Positions 29,675 through 44,088 are shown, counted from the stretch's first letter. The stretch is DNA of 64,000 bases from Octopus vulgaris (GCA_951406725.2 OX597823.1:53382001-53446000), one strand, 5' to 3'. Numbers and translations: made by a program. The notes: generated by a model not told the origin, from the letters alone.

Positions 29675-29895
29675 CCCTTTAGCATATAAACCCGGTCAAC
29701 ATCTGGCCTAAAGAAATATCTGCCCATTTTATATTCAAACCAGCCAGATCCGGTCTCTCACATTTATTCCAGAATGTCATTCTAAAAATTTTAAAGAAAG
29801 AAAACACATAATCAAAATCTTGAATCTATGATGAATTCAAAATAATGAAAATAAACATACACTACATTTGACAGAGCAATGTGAATGCTAAATGG
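29675..29895. mobile_element. piggyBac-like MITE
   Basis: TTAA|CCCTTTAGCAT ... ATGCTAAATGG|TAAA. The 11-bp TIR has one mismatch, termini are CCC, and the TSD is TTAA-type. Confidence 0.75.
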
Positions 29896-29924
29896 TAAAA
29901 TTACTGGAAGTAAAGAAGACAATA

Positions 29925-30232
29925 GTAGAGGCGCAATGGCCCAGTGGTTAGGGCAGCGGACTCGCGGTCGGAGGATCGATGTTTCGATACCCAGACCGGG
30001 CGTTGTGTGTGTTTATTGAGCGAAAACACCTAAAAGTTCCACGAGGCTCCGGCAGGGGTTGGTGGCGACCCCAGTTGTGCTCTTTCGCCACATCTTTCTC
30101 TCACTATCCCTTCCTGTTTCTTGAGTGACGCTGCGATGGACTGGCGTCCCGTCCAGCTGGGGTGAACACATACGCCACAAAAACCGGGAAACCGGGGCCA
30201 TGAGCCTGGCTAGGCTTGAAAAGGGCGACGTT
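29925..30232 (+). mobile_element. Young full-length tRNA-derived SINE family D with 14-bp TSD
   Basis: Head GGCGCAATGGCCCAGTGGTTAGGGCAGCGGACTCGCGGTC. TSD TAAAGAAGACAATA at 29911-29924 and 30233-30246. Confidence 0.92.
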
Positions 30233-30240
30233 TAAAGAAG

Positions 30241-30452
30241 ACAATAAGCTGGCAAAATGTTAGTTCGTCGGACAAAATGCTTACCGGCATTTCTTCTCGT
30301 TTTACGTTCTGAGTTCAAATTCCACCGAGGTCGACTTTGCATTACATTCTTTCGAGGTCGATAGAATAAGTATCGGTTTTGAGCATTGGGGTCAATGTGT
30401 TCGGTAAACGCTCTCCACCAAATTTAAGGCTTTGCGCCTGTTGTAGAAAGCA
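30241..30452 (+). mobile_element. SINE family B
   Basis: TTTACGTTCTGAGTTCAAATTCCACCGAGGTCGACTTTGC core. Confidence 0.8.
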
Positions 30453-30833
30453 TATTAGAAGAGGAAAATAAGATTTTGTTAATTGTTTTCTACGTGTACA
30501 TGGTGTGTATTTTTTAAGGAAAGGATATATAAGTGGACTTTCGCCTGTCACAAGTATTTATAAACGAAGAAGTACAAAGCAGTGACACCAGCGGATTTCC
30601 AAACAATAAAAAATATTAATGATTAAGCGTATCTTAGATTAAGCGCAGTGACTTCACACTGAAATATTTTATGAATAACATACTTCTGTTCTTTCTAAAG
30701 AGAGTCTATGAATTATTAAAGTTTGAACCAGCTATCTTTCTCATCTAAAGTATTTTTTTACCTTAGAACTGAAAAGTTTTCCCGACAAAACATGTGCGAG
30801 AAAAATTCCAAAATAATAAAAATAATAATAATG

Positions 30834-30900
<67 letters not shown>

Positions 30901-32524
30901 TAATAATAATAATAATAATGCAACAATGGAAATCACAATGATAGCAGCATTAACTTGAGCAATAAACTTATAGTAAAATATAGAGCAAAAATGAATGCCG
31001 AATAACATTGGTTTGTGTGGTGTTGGAAAGATGCAGTTCTGAGTGGACTGTCACCGGGGGGGATCATTTCCTCTAGCGTATAACCGGATATAGAGAAAAT
31101 GACAATTCTGAGAAACGAAAGAATGAATGCATGAAAAAATCTTTTTCCAACCATAATCGTAAATGCAAGAAATTTCCATGAGATTTTCTCTATGATTTTA
31201 ACTGTTTTCATTCTTATTTGATTTGATTGAGAAAGCGAACATAAAATCTATGGAATCCCAACAAGATGAAAATATTTAGCTTCCTGCTGACTACATCATC
31301 CTGAGTGGAACACTAACTTTGGCTGTTGATACAGCAAGCAACGTAATCTTATTTTATCGAGTGAGCAGCTATATATGGAAAGCTCCATCTTGTAAATGTT
31401 CTTTAATGAGACATACAGAAAGACAAACCTCGAATGTGCAAAGAGGAAAAGTTCTCTCTTTTTTTTTTAAACGTATAAGTTTCCGTATGAAGAAATATTA
31501 TATCAGAGATAAAATGGTCGTAAAAATATACAACCATGTAAATAAATAATGTACGTCTGTTTCTCTATAAACAAAACAATCAGAAATCCGTTCAGATTTT
31601 ATCGAACTTGTCTGCAAGTAAAGGTTCCTATAAACACTGGCATCAGAGCCTTAATTCTCCGCGTGTCTTTTTATTCCTCAACAATATTTACCATCTGTTA
31701 TGCAGTGGTGTCACTTTGACATAATCCCTAACGTTACTTCGATTTCAGCTAAAATTCTTCAGTCAATTGCCAAATTTTTATTATTCTTACCAAAAATCGC
31801 TGGCTGCTACGACGCTACAGGTAATGGCATTTCAGTTAATAAATATTGCGTTATATTTTTATTATAAACGAATAGTTGTTCTCGGCTGATACAGCTAGAA
31901 AATGGTGTGATTGGCATATTTCTCAAAGAGATATGAACACCGATTATATATCACTGGAAAAAGAAGTTTTTTTGTTTATTTTTTCTTTTATTTCTGCTCT
32001 TGTTGCATTTATTATTTTTTTTTTATAGACAACTTTTCAGAAGACATTTTTCCAAGACAGAATTTATCTATAAAATGACTGACGTGTATAATTCCATTAG
32101 ATATAATTTCACTTTCTCTTTAGCTGCAATCGTCCAAGAAATACTGCAGCAACACTTTAAGAAAGAATCTGTATATTTTTTGTTTTGTTTTTTTTTTTTC
32201 TTGTGAGTTTTGTGTTGTTTATTCATTTTTTTCTTTCATATTTATTCTGAATTTTGGGAATAAAATGTGCTGATGTTTCAATTCGACCATTATCGAAACT
32301 CAAAATTTCATGCCACAAAATAAACTTTATCGATTAGGAAAAATGAGAACACACAATTTCCATTGGCAGAAAATAAAGAGTGTGTGTGTGAGTATTTGTA
32401 TGTATACATATACACATATATGTGTGTGTATGTGTGTGTATATATATACACATATGTGTGTGCGTGTATGCACACACACACATATTTATATATATATACA
32501 CACTCTCGACCAAAATAAAATATA

Positions 32525-32933
32525 TTCTTTTATTCTTTTACTTGATTCAGTCATTTTGGCTGCGGCTATGCTGGAGCATCACCTTAAAACCATTTTAGTC
32601 GAAGAAATCGACCCCAAGATTTATTCTTTGTAAGACTGGTATTTATTCTATCGGTCTTTTTTCGAACCGCTAAATTACAGAGACTTTAAGCGCACCAACA
32701 TCGTTTATGAAGCGATGGTTGGGGAACGAACACTGACACAAAGACACATACACAGATATATACATACATAGGACGGGCTTCTTTCAGTTTCCGTCTACCA
32801 AATCCACTCACAAGGTTTTGGTTGGCCCGAGGCTATAGTAGAAGACACTTCACCAAGATGCCACGCAGTGGGACTGAACCCGAAACCATTCGGTTGAGAA
32901 GAAAGCTTCTTACCACATAGCCATGCCTGCGCC
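32525..32933 (-). mobile_element. SINE family A, full length
   Basis: Complete tail, core and head in reverse complement. Confidence 0.9.
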
Positions 32934-32953
32934 AACTTATATATATACATATA

Positions 32954-33024
<71 letters not shown>

Positions 33025-33029
33025 GTATA

Positions 33030-33083
<54 letters not shown>

Positions 33084-33621
33084 GTATGTATATATATATG
33101 TATATGTATATATATATATGTATTACACACACACACATACATTGCATTTCTTCACTTTCAAATATGCTCTATCTAATGTATCTAGGATTATACTATAATG
33201 TATTTTTAAAGACTGTTGTGCTTAATTTGAGGAAGATCTGGTTACTCTTTCCAGCAAGTTGTACTTCTTAACAACACGCTCAAGCCTGCGCCCCTGCACA
33301 CAAGAAACATGACTGCAATTTGAATGAAAACTGTTCCTATTCATTCGTCCTGTGTGTTTACATATTCGTTCGTATGCGCAGTTGTGTACGTGACCGTTTG
33401 GACGTATGTGCTTGCTTGTATGTTAGAGATATGTGCACTTATGTAAGCGAATGTGTATGTGCAGTTTGCTTTATTCGAGTCAGGCAATGTGTTAGTAGAC
33501 ATTGTTGAAAGCAATAGTGCTGACTATAATATTAATGTCTTATTGAATGACCACTGTGACTTTGTTTGCTCACACAGATAAATATAGCTTTCTGCCATGT
33601 AGACAAATATAAACAATACAC

Positions 33622-33665
<44 letters not shown>

Positions 33666-33854
33666 TTGTATTTAGAAACCTATACACGCATACATACATA
33701 TATGCCTGTGCGCACACGCCCAAACACTCACATATATGTATTTACAAGTGCACGTATTGATTTATTTATGCAGATACATACATATGCATATATATTTATA
33801 TACGCTTATACTTAGATAGAGAGAGAGAGAGAGAAAGAGAGATAGATTGATGTG

Positions 33855-33897
<43 letters not shown>

Positions 33898-34434
33898 GTG
33901 TGTGTATGTATGTGTATTTATGTGTATATATATATATATATATATATACACCTTTATGTATATTTAAATCTATACTCATATATATATAAACAGACATATA
34001 CGCATACATACATATATACATACATATCATACGTACACACACACGCAAACACACACACACATATATATACGTAAATATATATATACATGCATATATATGT
34101 GTGCATATATATACACACACATATACATATTGGTGTATGCTTTCTAAGATCAATTTTGGAGAAAAATATGAAGAAAGCCAAGGGATATGTCAGTAGGTGT
34201 GTATGCGAGTATATGTGTGTATGTGTATATATTTATAGATATATATACATATGTATGTATGTAAGTATACATATATATATACATGTATATATATGTATGT
34301 ATATATGTGTGTATATAAATATGTATATGGACGCTATTTTATATTGAGAACGTGTTGTCTATTGACTTTTTATACATGCTAGGCCTCTGGTAGTGAAATT
34401 TCGAAAAAAAACCCGCTACGCTATATATTTTATG

Positions 34435-34501
<67 letters not shown>

Positions 34502-34518
34502 GTATGTACGTATGTATG

Positions 34519-34549
<31 letters not shown>

Positions 34550-34856
34550 TATGCCGGAACTCAGAAGTTGTCTTCGAAAACTCTTAGAAAGTCCTCTACG
34601 TAACAATATATTCTTATTCTACATATCTAGTTTTATTATCAAAGCTACGAATAATCAAACTACCTAAAAGTAAGAAACAATGCAACCATTATTGCTTCTT
34701 TACATGACATTCGTTGTTTTATCTAATATAAAGCCCCGCCCCAATAATTCTCGTGGGAAGCTTTAGCTTAAATTACATCAGAATGCACCCAGATCATCAG
34801 GGTGAAATAACATCTCGAAGATCAACTGGGTATGAAGGTTCACCAGAGTCATGTAC

Positions 34857-35085
34857 CTATTTCTTTATTACCCACAAGGGGCTAAACATAGAGGGGACAA
34901 ACAAGGACAGACATAGGTATTAAGTCGATTACATCGACCCCAGTGCGTAACTGGTACTTAATTTATGGACCCCGAAAGGATGAAAGGCAAAGTCGACCTC
35001 GGCGGAATTTGAACTCAGAACGTAAAATCAGACGAAATACCGCTTAGCATTTCGCCCGGCGTGCTAACGTTTCTGCCAACTCGCC
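34857..35085 (-). mobile_element. Young full-length SINE family B with 7-bp TSD
   Basis: CATGTAC at 34850-34856 and 35086-35092; nearly identical to the 21724-21954 copy. Confidence 0.9.
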
Positions 35086-35289
35086 CATGTACTGCATGTA
35101 CGTGTACGTCGGAGGCTAAGAACATACAAGGAAGAGGGTTTTCCACATTAGAATGTATCTTGGCTGTGCTATTAACGACCTTCATCAACTGCTGTTATCA
35201 TATAGCTTGCTTCTAGTATTTTGACTTCACCTTAATTTTCTTTCAATCAAATGAAAACAGAAATCATTTATTGTTCTGTTATCAATTCT

Positions 35290-35460
35290 CATTGCTCTGC
35301 AATTAAATATTTTATTACTTGGATGCAGTTGGCTCCAGAAATTCTTTCTTTTACCTCTTCGATTTCTTCCGCACTTTCTTTATGTTCTTTTTCTCATTTT
35401 AAGCTCATCGGTATCAACGTTTATTCATTTCTTTGAGAATTTACTTGTAACCTGGTTGTT
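35290..35460 (-). pseudogene. Possible decayed LINE ORF remnant
   Basis: Frameshifted EEIEEVKE/FWSQL peptide reminiscent of the pre-RT region of some non-LTR elements; weak. Confidence 0.25.
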
Positions 35461-35487
35461 TATTTTCTATATAAGGAACTTCAGGCG

Positions 35488-35529
35488 ACGATCTTCACTC
35501 ACGTGGTGCACTGAGACATCATATATAAA

Positions 35530-35587
<58 letters not shown>

Positions 35588-35627
35588 GATCTTCACTCAC
35601 GTGGTGCACTGAGACATCATATATAAA

Positions 35628-35678
<51 letters not shown>
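35488..35678 (+). repeat. Exact tandem duplication, period 98 bp
   Basis: ACGATCTTCACTCACGTGGTGCACTGAGACATCATATATAAAATATATAAA(TA)n at 35488 and 35586. Confidence 0.92.
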
Positions 35679-35682
<4 letters not shown>

Positions 35683-35866
35683 TTTATATACACACACACG
35701 CATATATGTATTTATATATATACACACACACACATTCATACTTACAAATATACATATACATGCATATATATATATACATACATATACATGCATACAAATA
35801 CATATATATGTACACACACGCATATACGCACACGCACACACACGCGCACAGACATGTGTATATATT

Positions 35867-35908
<42 letters not shown>

Positions 35909-36061
35909 CTCCAGCATGACCACAGCCTTAGGGCTGAAACATGTAAAAAGAGTAAAAGAATGTATATGTATGTAAGTATGTATGCATGTAAGTAATTGCG
36001 AACTTCAAACTAATGTACGATACATTAAAGGCTCTTGAGTTAATAGCCTTACCAATAACCG

Positions 36062-36330
36062 TCAGCTTTTGTATGATCCTGCTGCATTGGTGCAGCCAAG
36101 ATCTGTTACTCTTTCTTCGAAATCCTTACCCCAAGACGGACACACCTCAATATCTTGGGAAAGGGTTTTGGGCGATATACGACGCCGATACAGAACATAT
36201 TCATTAGTATTGTTCACCCATTCCACAGATATGATTTTCGTTATCGCTAACAGCGCAAATTCAGTTGCAGACCTCATTACGGTTTCCGTGCCAGTACTAC
36301 ATTTTTCGCTGCACCCACTGTGAAACGAAA
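36062..36330 (-). pseudogene. Possible decayed CR1-like ORF2 fragment
   Basis: CPSWGKDFEERVTDLG resembles the CR1 post-RT motif IPxLxxxSYEERLxxLGL; weak. Confidence 0.3.
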
Positions 36331-37499
36331 TTATATATCTGACCTTGAATATTCATTAGCATGTAACCACCTTAATCAATATTCAGAATCATAGTCCTCC
36401 TTTAGTTCTCTAAGAAAATTGTTAATCTACTTGATAAGCGTTTCCCAAGAAATGCTTACACCATAGTTTGGGGTTTACACATTAGATACGCGGTCTACGT
36501 CAGCATTCCCGACACCATTTAAAATCTAAGATTCGTTTAACTTTTCTGGCTTTCATTTTCGTAAAAGAAACATTAAAATTTGCTTCTTTTGTTTCTAGAA
36601 ATCATGCAGCATAAACGTACCGACCCCACAGTACTCATACAAATTCTTTACAAAGTACTTGTTTTGTCCTTTTCGGTACATCCACCTTTTCAAGCATAGA
36701 TATTTTATGGTTATATATTTTAGTACTAACACCAGCAACTTCTCTTTTTCTCTTGAAAGTCATCCTTTAGGATGAAATTTAGTGTACTGTTCCACCAAAC
36801 ATTCGGCTGTAGTGTAAATGATGTTCGACTACTAAGTACTGCTAATAGGGCCACATTGGTGGCTGGCAGATTTACAAATTTACGGAGACATATTTAAAAG
36901 GTGCCGGACCGTGGGAGTTGCCCAATCACGTAATGGCATATTAAAGAGATTCGACCTGTGTGAGTTTAATCTTAATGGTATGATTTTCAAAATTTACTAT
37001 GGGAATATTGGTACGGATGACTATTTTTCAGGTTGAACTTTCAAACGCAGTACATAAGACTGATTACATTTTCAATTTTGCCTACCAGCCATCTATGGTC
37101 ATATTTTTTGTCGAACTTTTTAGTGCTTGCTGCTCCATGTTCAGTTCGCTTCTCGATTCGTTAATTCATGTGCAAGCAGCTTGTTTTTTTTAAATGTTAC
37201 TAGCTGTCCACAAAAGAGAAGGAATACTTTTTTTCTCGTGATTCGAGTTTTATATCTGCACTCTTCAGGCAAGGGCTGACTTCTTTTGGTATATGCATCT
37301 AGATACATACACACATATGCACAGGAGTTGTAGATGGCTATACATGTATGTATCTCTATATACATACATACGTATGTATGTATGTATGTATGTATGTATG
37401 TATGTATGTATGTATGTATGTATGTATGTATGTATGTATGTATGTATGCAAGCATGCATGTGTGTATGAATTTGTATATGTTTGTATGCTTATGTGTAG

Positions 37500-37532
<33 letters not shown>

Positions 37533-38614
37533 TGTATGTATGTATGTAGAAAATGAGATAAATACAAAGAAATATAATACATAGATTCACAAGACTGCCT
37601 CATATATTCCAACTATAACTCCTACAAAAGAGAATGTATAATGCTCTTTATACTGGTTTTATAGTGGTCGAATTCTAAATTTAGTTGAACGATGTGTTAG
37701 TAAACAAGAAATCCCTATTCTTAGTCATCATTAAAGTCGTTTAACCGCTGATAAGATACAAGTATATAAAATTAAGTCTTCACAAACACTTTGCCATGCT
37801 ATAGCGTTGCTGTTTCCTCAGAGATTGCTTTTATGTTGACAACTGTTACAAACTACGACGCCATTTTGTCAAGCTTCAGTTACCTTTCATTTTCTTAGAA
37901 TTAATTCAAGCTCACAGCGTATTTTTTTCTATTCTTTGATGTGGCTTGCGTTAAACTTTGCCACTCTACTTTTATTTATTCGTAATCTACCCTTTTTTTC
38001 CCACTTTTTCTTTTCTCGTATTGAATTCCAGGAAACCCAATCACTTCAGTCATTAGCTACAAGTCATTCTTTTCCTGCTTTGTTTTTAACGAAAATTTGA
38101 TAGATTTGTTATTTAGATTTATATAAAAGTGTACGTGCGAAATTGCAGAAACGACACAGTACTCGAATATATAGCCTTGTAGTAGTTACCATTTTTTTTC
38201 CTTCGATATTCTGCGTTCAAACACCATCGACGTCATCCTTGAATTTCAACAATAGTAGGTGTAGGTTCGATAAAATAAGCATCAGTCTTCGATGCAGCTA
38301 ACAGTTTTCCTCCCTTGCAACATGAATGTTTTAGTAAGCAAGAAATCCCTTCTCTTAGTCATCGTTAAAGTCGTTTAACCACTAAGACATAAGTATATAA
38401 TTTAAGTCTTCACAAAAACTGCCATATATGTTATTGTTTTTGTCTAACCCCGAGTGAACTCTGATTCAAGCATTCCATCCGTGATTAATCTGTCTTTTTA
38501 GGGATGTCTAGGAGTATATAATTTAATTGTTCCCATATTTTTTTTAAGAGTTGTGTAAGAATTTAGATTCCCGGAGAGATTCATGCAATTTGCCGCTTTG
38601 TACCAAAGTAACAA

Positions 38615-38811
38615 ATACATTTTATTGTAATTGCTTTGGTCCGAAGCAAAAGGCTAAGCTTCCACGGACTTTGCTGCTCTCTGAATCGAATCTAACGGTG
38701 AGACAGATTCGATTAACGCTCTTCTTGAACAGTTACAAGTTGAGGGCTGTATAACAAAACATGGACAATGGGGACCTTGAGGGCAAGAACAGGAGATTAG
38801 TGAGGGAATTA
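38615..38811 (-). mobile_element. LINE (CR1/L2-group) 3' end remnant
   Basis: Minus-strand peptide LNL*LFKKSVNRI (38706-38744) fits a typical ORF2 terminal motif. There is a 10-bp perfect stem at 38684-38714 and an AATAAA-like tail. Confidence 0.5.
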
Positions 38812-39030
38812 GGGGTGGACATCACGTTGAAACGAAACCTGGACAAATTTCTTCAAGGGATGCCAGATAAGCCACCTATACCTGGATACATCCCAGTCAA
38901 CAACAGATCTCTACTTGAAAAGGTCATGATACCACAAAAGCTAACTTTAAAATGACTTAGCAGATCCTGTCTGGTGGTGCTGTTTAGTTAGGCATGGCCT
39001 GGGCTAATCTTTGGCCAAAACATATCGAAA
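38812..39030 (+). mobile_element. LINE (CR1-group-like) 3' end: ORF2 C-terminus plus 3' UTR
   Basis: LKRNLDKFLQGMPDKPPIPGYIPVNNRSLLE matches the FKxxLDxFLxxxPDxPxxxGY...NSL terminal motif of invertebrate LINE ORF2s. Confidence 0.7.
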
Positions 39031-39575
39031 TTACGTAAGTTATTTTTCTGTGTGTGTGTGTGTGTGTGAAATTTAGTTATCTTTGTGCTTACCTTTGTGA
39101 ATATATTTATACAAACACACAGACACACAGATATACACACATACACTTATATATATAACTACAGCTGAAAACCACCCAGAAGTCGATGTTTCTCCTAATA
39201 ATAACAATCTTTTCTATCGTAGACACAAAGCTTCATGTTGTTTAGACGGGTAATAGTTTATTATGTTGCACCCAAAAGGATAAAACTAAAAGAAAAAAAG
39301 TCAGTCTCGGTGGAATGGGAACTCAGAACGTAAAACACTGTAACTAAAAAAGTATTATGTTAATTATTCCTTCACGTTAACAATTCTGCCTCTACACTTC
39401 CCTTCCAATGCTAATGATAATCATAATAATGACTATTATGGTACGTCGCCAATATTCTTGCGAAAGATATAAACTTCACAGAAACCCATTTATCTTCTCC
39501 TGTAATAAATAAGACATGTGGTTATATGAGAAACAAGTATCGCACTTATCAATGGAAGCAGACAACATATGTATG

Positions 39576-39701
<126 letters not shown>

Positions 39702-39906
39702 TATATGTATGTATGTATATATATTTGTAAGTTAGTAAGTATATGCGTTTGTACGCATGTGTATATGTAAATACGTGGTTTTATATATATATATATATAT
39801 AACTGTGTGTGTGTATGTATGCATGTATGTAAGTGCTCCTATGTATGTATGTATATATGAAAGTGTACGTGTGTACGTTTCTGTAGGCATATGCCTATCT
39901 CTTTCG

Positions 39907-39952
<46 letters not shown>

Positions 39953-40293
39953 CTTTTCCTTTCTCTCCTTCTCTCTGTCACTCACTTTTTCTTTTCTCTC
40001 TCTCTCTCTCTCTCTCTCTCCGCACACAACACACAGACGTATATAAAGAGACAGCCCTGCACTATGGCGACCTCAGTTTACTAGGATTCATCCTTAGAGA
40101 AATTACAAAGTATGACTATAAATACCGCGGGATATAGCCTGAATTTCTCTCTTACGGAAACTCACATTTTAAATATTTTAAAACCACGCTTTTTCCTTAG
40201 GCAAAATTTCGCTTCTTGATATTTTAGCTTATATAAAAGTAGTTAAAAAAAGGTAGTTACAAAACTTCAATTACCATACATATGTTCATACAT

Positions 40294-40628
40294 TTTTTTT
40301 TTTTAAAGACTCCGCCGGTTACGACGACGAGGGTCCCAGCTGATACGATCAACGGAACAGCTTGCTCGTGAAATTAACGTGCAAATGGCTGAGCATTCCA
40401 CAGACACGTGTACCCTTAACGTAGTTCTCGGGGATAATCAGCGTGACACAGAGAGTGACAAGGCTGACCCTTTGAAATACAAGTACAACTCATGTTTGCC
40501 AGCTGAGTGGACTGGAGCAACGTGAAATAAAGTGTCTTGCTCAAGGACACAACGCGTCGCCGGGAATCGAACTCACAACCTTACGATCATGAGCCGAATG
40601 CCCTAACCACAAAGCCACGCGCCCTCAC
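40294..40628 (-). mobile_element. Young full-length SINE family C with poly(A) tail and 12-bp TSD
   Basis: ATGTTCATACAT at 40282-40293 and 40629-40640. A/B boxes are present and the T-run at 40294-40304 is the tail. Confidence 0.92.
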
Positions 40629-41094
40629 ATGTTCATACATACACATATAAATACACACATACATACATTCATACATATATGCATGCAAACACACATATGA
40701 ATGCATTCGTACATACATACATACATACATTCATATACATACATACACACATACATACATACGTATGTACACATATTATACGCAAATTAGGTAGTATTAA
40801 ATTTACATATCCAGTTAAGCATCATACTATTAATAGTTCGTTCACGTTATGCATACATACATGTGTGTGAATGTGTGTATGTAATATACATACTTAGATA
40901 TACACATAATATATATCCATATAGAGCACGCGCACGTGTGTGTGTGTGTGTGCATGCAAGTGTTTGCGTCACTATAAATAGTGAGTGTAAGGTAGAAATT
41001 TCATGGTAAATCTTTATGTGTTTTGGATATATTTTCATAAGTCTCAAAGAGCATCTATTTATCTATATATTTATCCATACGCGCATACACACAC

Positions 41095-41156
<62 letters not shown>

Positions 41157-42323
41157 ACACACCACATATATATTTATGATTGAACCATCACCACCACAGC
41201 TATCTGTTAACATCAACGTAACCAGCATCAGCACCAAAACCAGTGCAGTCACCGCCATTACAAACCCATCAACTTCTCAACGACCAACAACAACAGCGAA
41301 GAATATGAACAAAATAAGTAACTCCCTCTAAAATACATTTCAAAAATCACATGAAACTATGTGATGCTCTAGTGTATTTAATTATGGATCAAATGTATTT
41401 CATCTTAAGTCAGTGAGGACCGACTTGAAACTAAACCACCGCAACAATCAAATAAACAAGAATATTATGACCACTATCATCACAAACAATATGCCCACCC
41501 TCACCACCATTACCAACACCATAACCAATGCAACTGAATCTATCGCCACTTCTAACTCATCAATTTTCGAATTAACAGCTGGCACCAATACTAGTATTAG
41601 TACTTTAGCAACAATTCTAGTTTCAACATTATATCAATACCTGTAGCTACATATGTTGTATGTTAAACATACTAGCTTATGTGTGTGCTTGTAAGAGAGA
41701 GATGGGGGAAGGTGAAAAGAGTGCAGTTTCGTGGCTCAAGTCAGAGTTATAACTTCAAAAGTGCCCATCAAATAAATATAATTCTTCCACGTTATTCATT
41801 CGCCCTTTCGTCAGTTCAAATGTGAGATTTTTAAGAATAAGACAACAGTTCTGTTTTTCACTATCATTAAGCGGTTTTATCCGGTACAATTTTTTTTAAA
41901 GCATTGTGAATAATTGTTGATTGTCACAGCTGTTCGATTTACCAAGCAATCAAGATCTCTAGAAAGAAGCTATTGAGTGAAATTGAAGATAGTAACGCAA
42001 CAACAAATCCTGAAGTCTTCTAGTGTGTGTGTGTACGTTTGTGTGTGTGTGTGTGCGTGTGTGTGTGTGCGTTTGTGTGTGTGTGTGTGTGTGTGAGTGT
42101 GTATGTGAGTGTGTGTGCGTGTCTGTGCCTGTGTCTGTGTCTATGTGCACGCGCATGCCTGTGATGAGTGTGTGCGTGTGTATTCACATAAGCAAATATA
42201 AGGCTGGATGCAAGAATGTGCACTTGCATACATGGGTGCATGCATAAATATTTCACCTTTGTACATGCATGTATTTCAATATTGCTATATATATGAGTTT
42301 GTGTATGTGTGTGTATATCTGTA

Positions 42324-42435
<112 letters not shown>

Positions 42436-42840
42436 TCATACATACGTATATGTACACTTACATATATACAGATACATCTATGTATGTTTGTTTGTATGTA
42501 TGTAAACCTCAGAGATCGGTATGATCGATAAAAGACTACCGTGCTTCTGTCAGAGACCTGTAAAGAATAAAGTATAATGAGTGCATTATAATGTAATATT
42601 ATCTTGAGTTATACTATATTATTTTATATTATATTATATTATATTATATCATATAATATTATATTATATTCTTTAGAGTTTCCTTCAGCTCGGTTTTTTT
42701 TTTTTTTTAACCAGTCATACTCACCCCAAAATGTACGCACTTATTTTATCGATTAATACTTTTCGTTTGCTCCAGCTCAGTTTAAACAAATGCTCGCATA
42801 TACACGCCAGGTTAATGCATACGCGATATAATATGTGCGC

Positions 42841-42926
<86 letters not shown>

Positions 42927-43029
42927 AGTGTGTGTGTGTGAACGTTTGCACATATGAATATGTCTTTGACTAGATTTACAATTTTCGTTTTAACAAATTA
43001 TCGTCGAAATAGAATTTGATATGCGTGGT

Positions 43030-43069
<40 letters not shown>

Positions 43070-43116
43070 ACCTGATATCATATATGAGCGTGTGGGTACT
43101 CTCTCTCTTTCTCTTG

Positions 43117-43206
<90 letters not shown>

Positions 43207-43245
43207 GTACATATATATATTTATATATATATATATATATATGTG

Positions 43246-43290
<45 letters not shown>

Positions 43291-43445
43291 AATATATATG
43301 TATATATATATATGCATGTTTATATGTGATATATATAAATATATATATTTGTGTGTGTGTGTATAAATAAAACATCTGACATGCAAACCTATCTACATAC
43401 ATACATACATACATACATACATACATACAAACATACATATACACA
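43030..43445. repeat. (TA)n-rich and (TACA)n microsatellite block
   Basis: Direct inspection. Confidence 0.9.
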
Positions 43446-43819
43446 TGAATATGCACACATACGAAGCAACTATCTCGATATTTAAGTAGGTATCTTTAGC
43501 ATGCTAACCTTTCTCTAAACCTCATATGTTAAATGACAATTATGTAAATACATGTCATTTAAAAGCATGCTGTATGATCAAACAGTTATATCAAGACTTC
43601 TAGCTATACACAGTCTAGCAGTTTTGTGAATTATCTAACGAACCTGCTTCTATATTATATAGTCGGCCAACATTTACTGCCGTTATAATGATCCTTTATT
43701 TATAAATATAGGATTCGTGTTGTTGACCGCGTATATATATATATACACGACGGCATGACGACATATACATATCTATACATCCATATGTATATATTTACAT
43801 ATATCTACATACATAGATA

Positions 43820-43876
<57 letters not shown>

Positions 43877-44029
43877 GTTTTCATTTTTCCCTCCGTTCTT
43901 TTGATATACAATTATACTTATTTGCAACTGGAAAGATCTTTCGTTAAAAATGCGATAACTACGTACTATGGAACCTTATAGATATCATAATAGAGGCACA
44001 TAATCCCTATGATATATATATATATAAAG

Positions 44030-44080
<51 letters not shown>

Positions 44081-44088
44081 TGTATATA

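Noticed and set aside
29930-30000. tRNA gene
   Set aside because: The tRNA-like region continues into SINE body and tail, has a TSD and a damaged B-box; it is a SINE head, as are those at 18190-18260 and 40555-40628.
35488-35678. CRISPR-like repeat-spacer array
   Set aside because: Only two units, the spacer is (TA)n, the context is eukaryotic and there are no cas genes.
38761-38955. 64-aa ORF as a host gene
   Set aside because: It is a chimaera of an antisense LINE fragment and a LINE ORF2 C-terminus.
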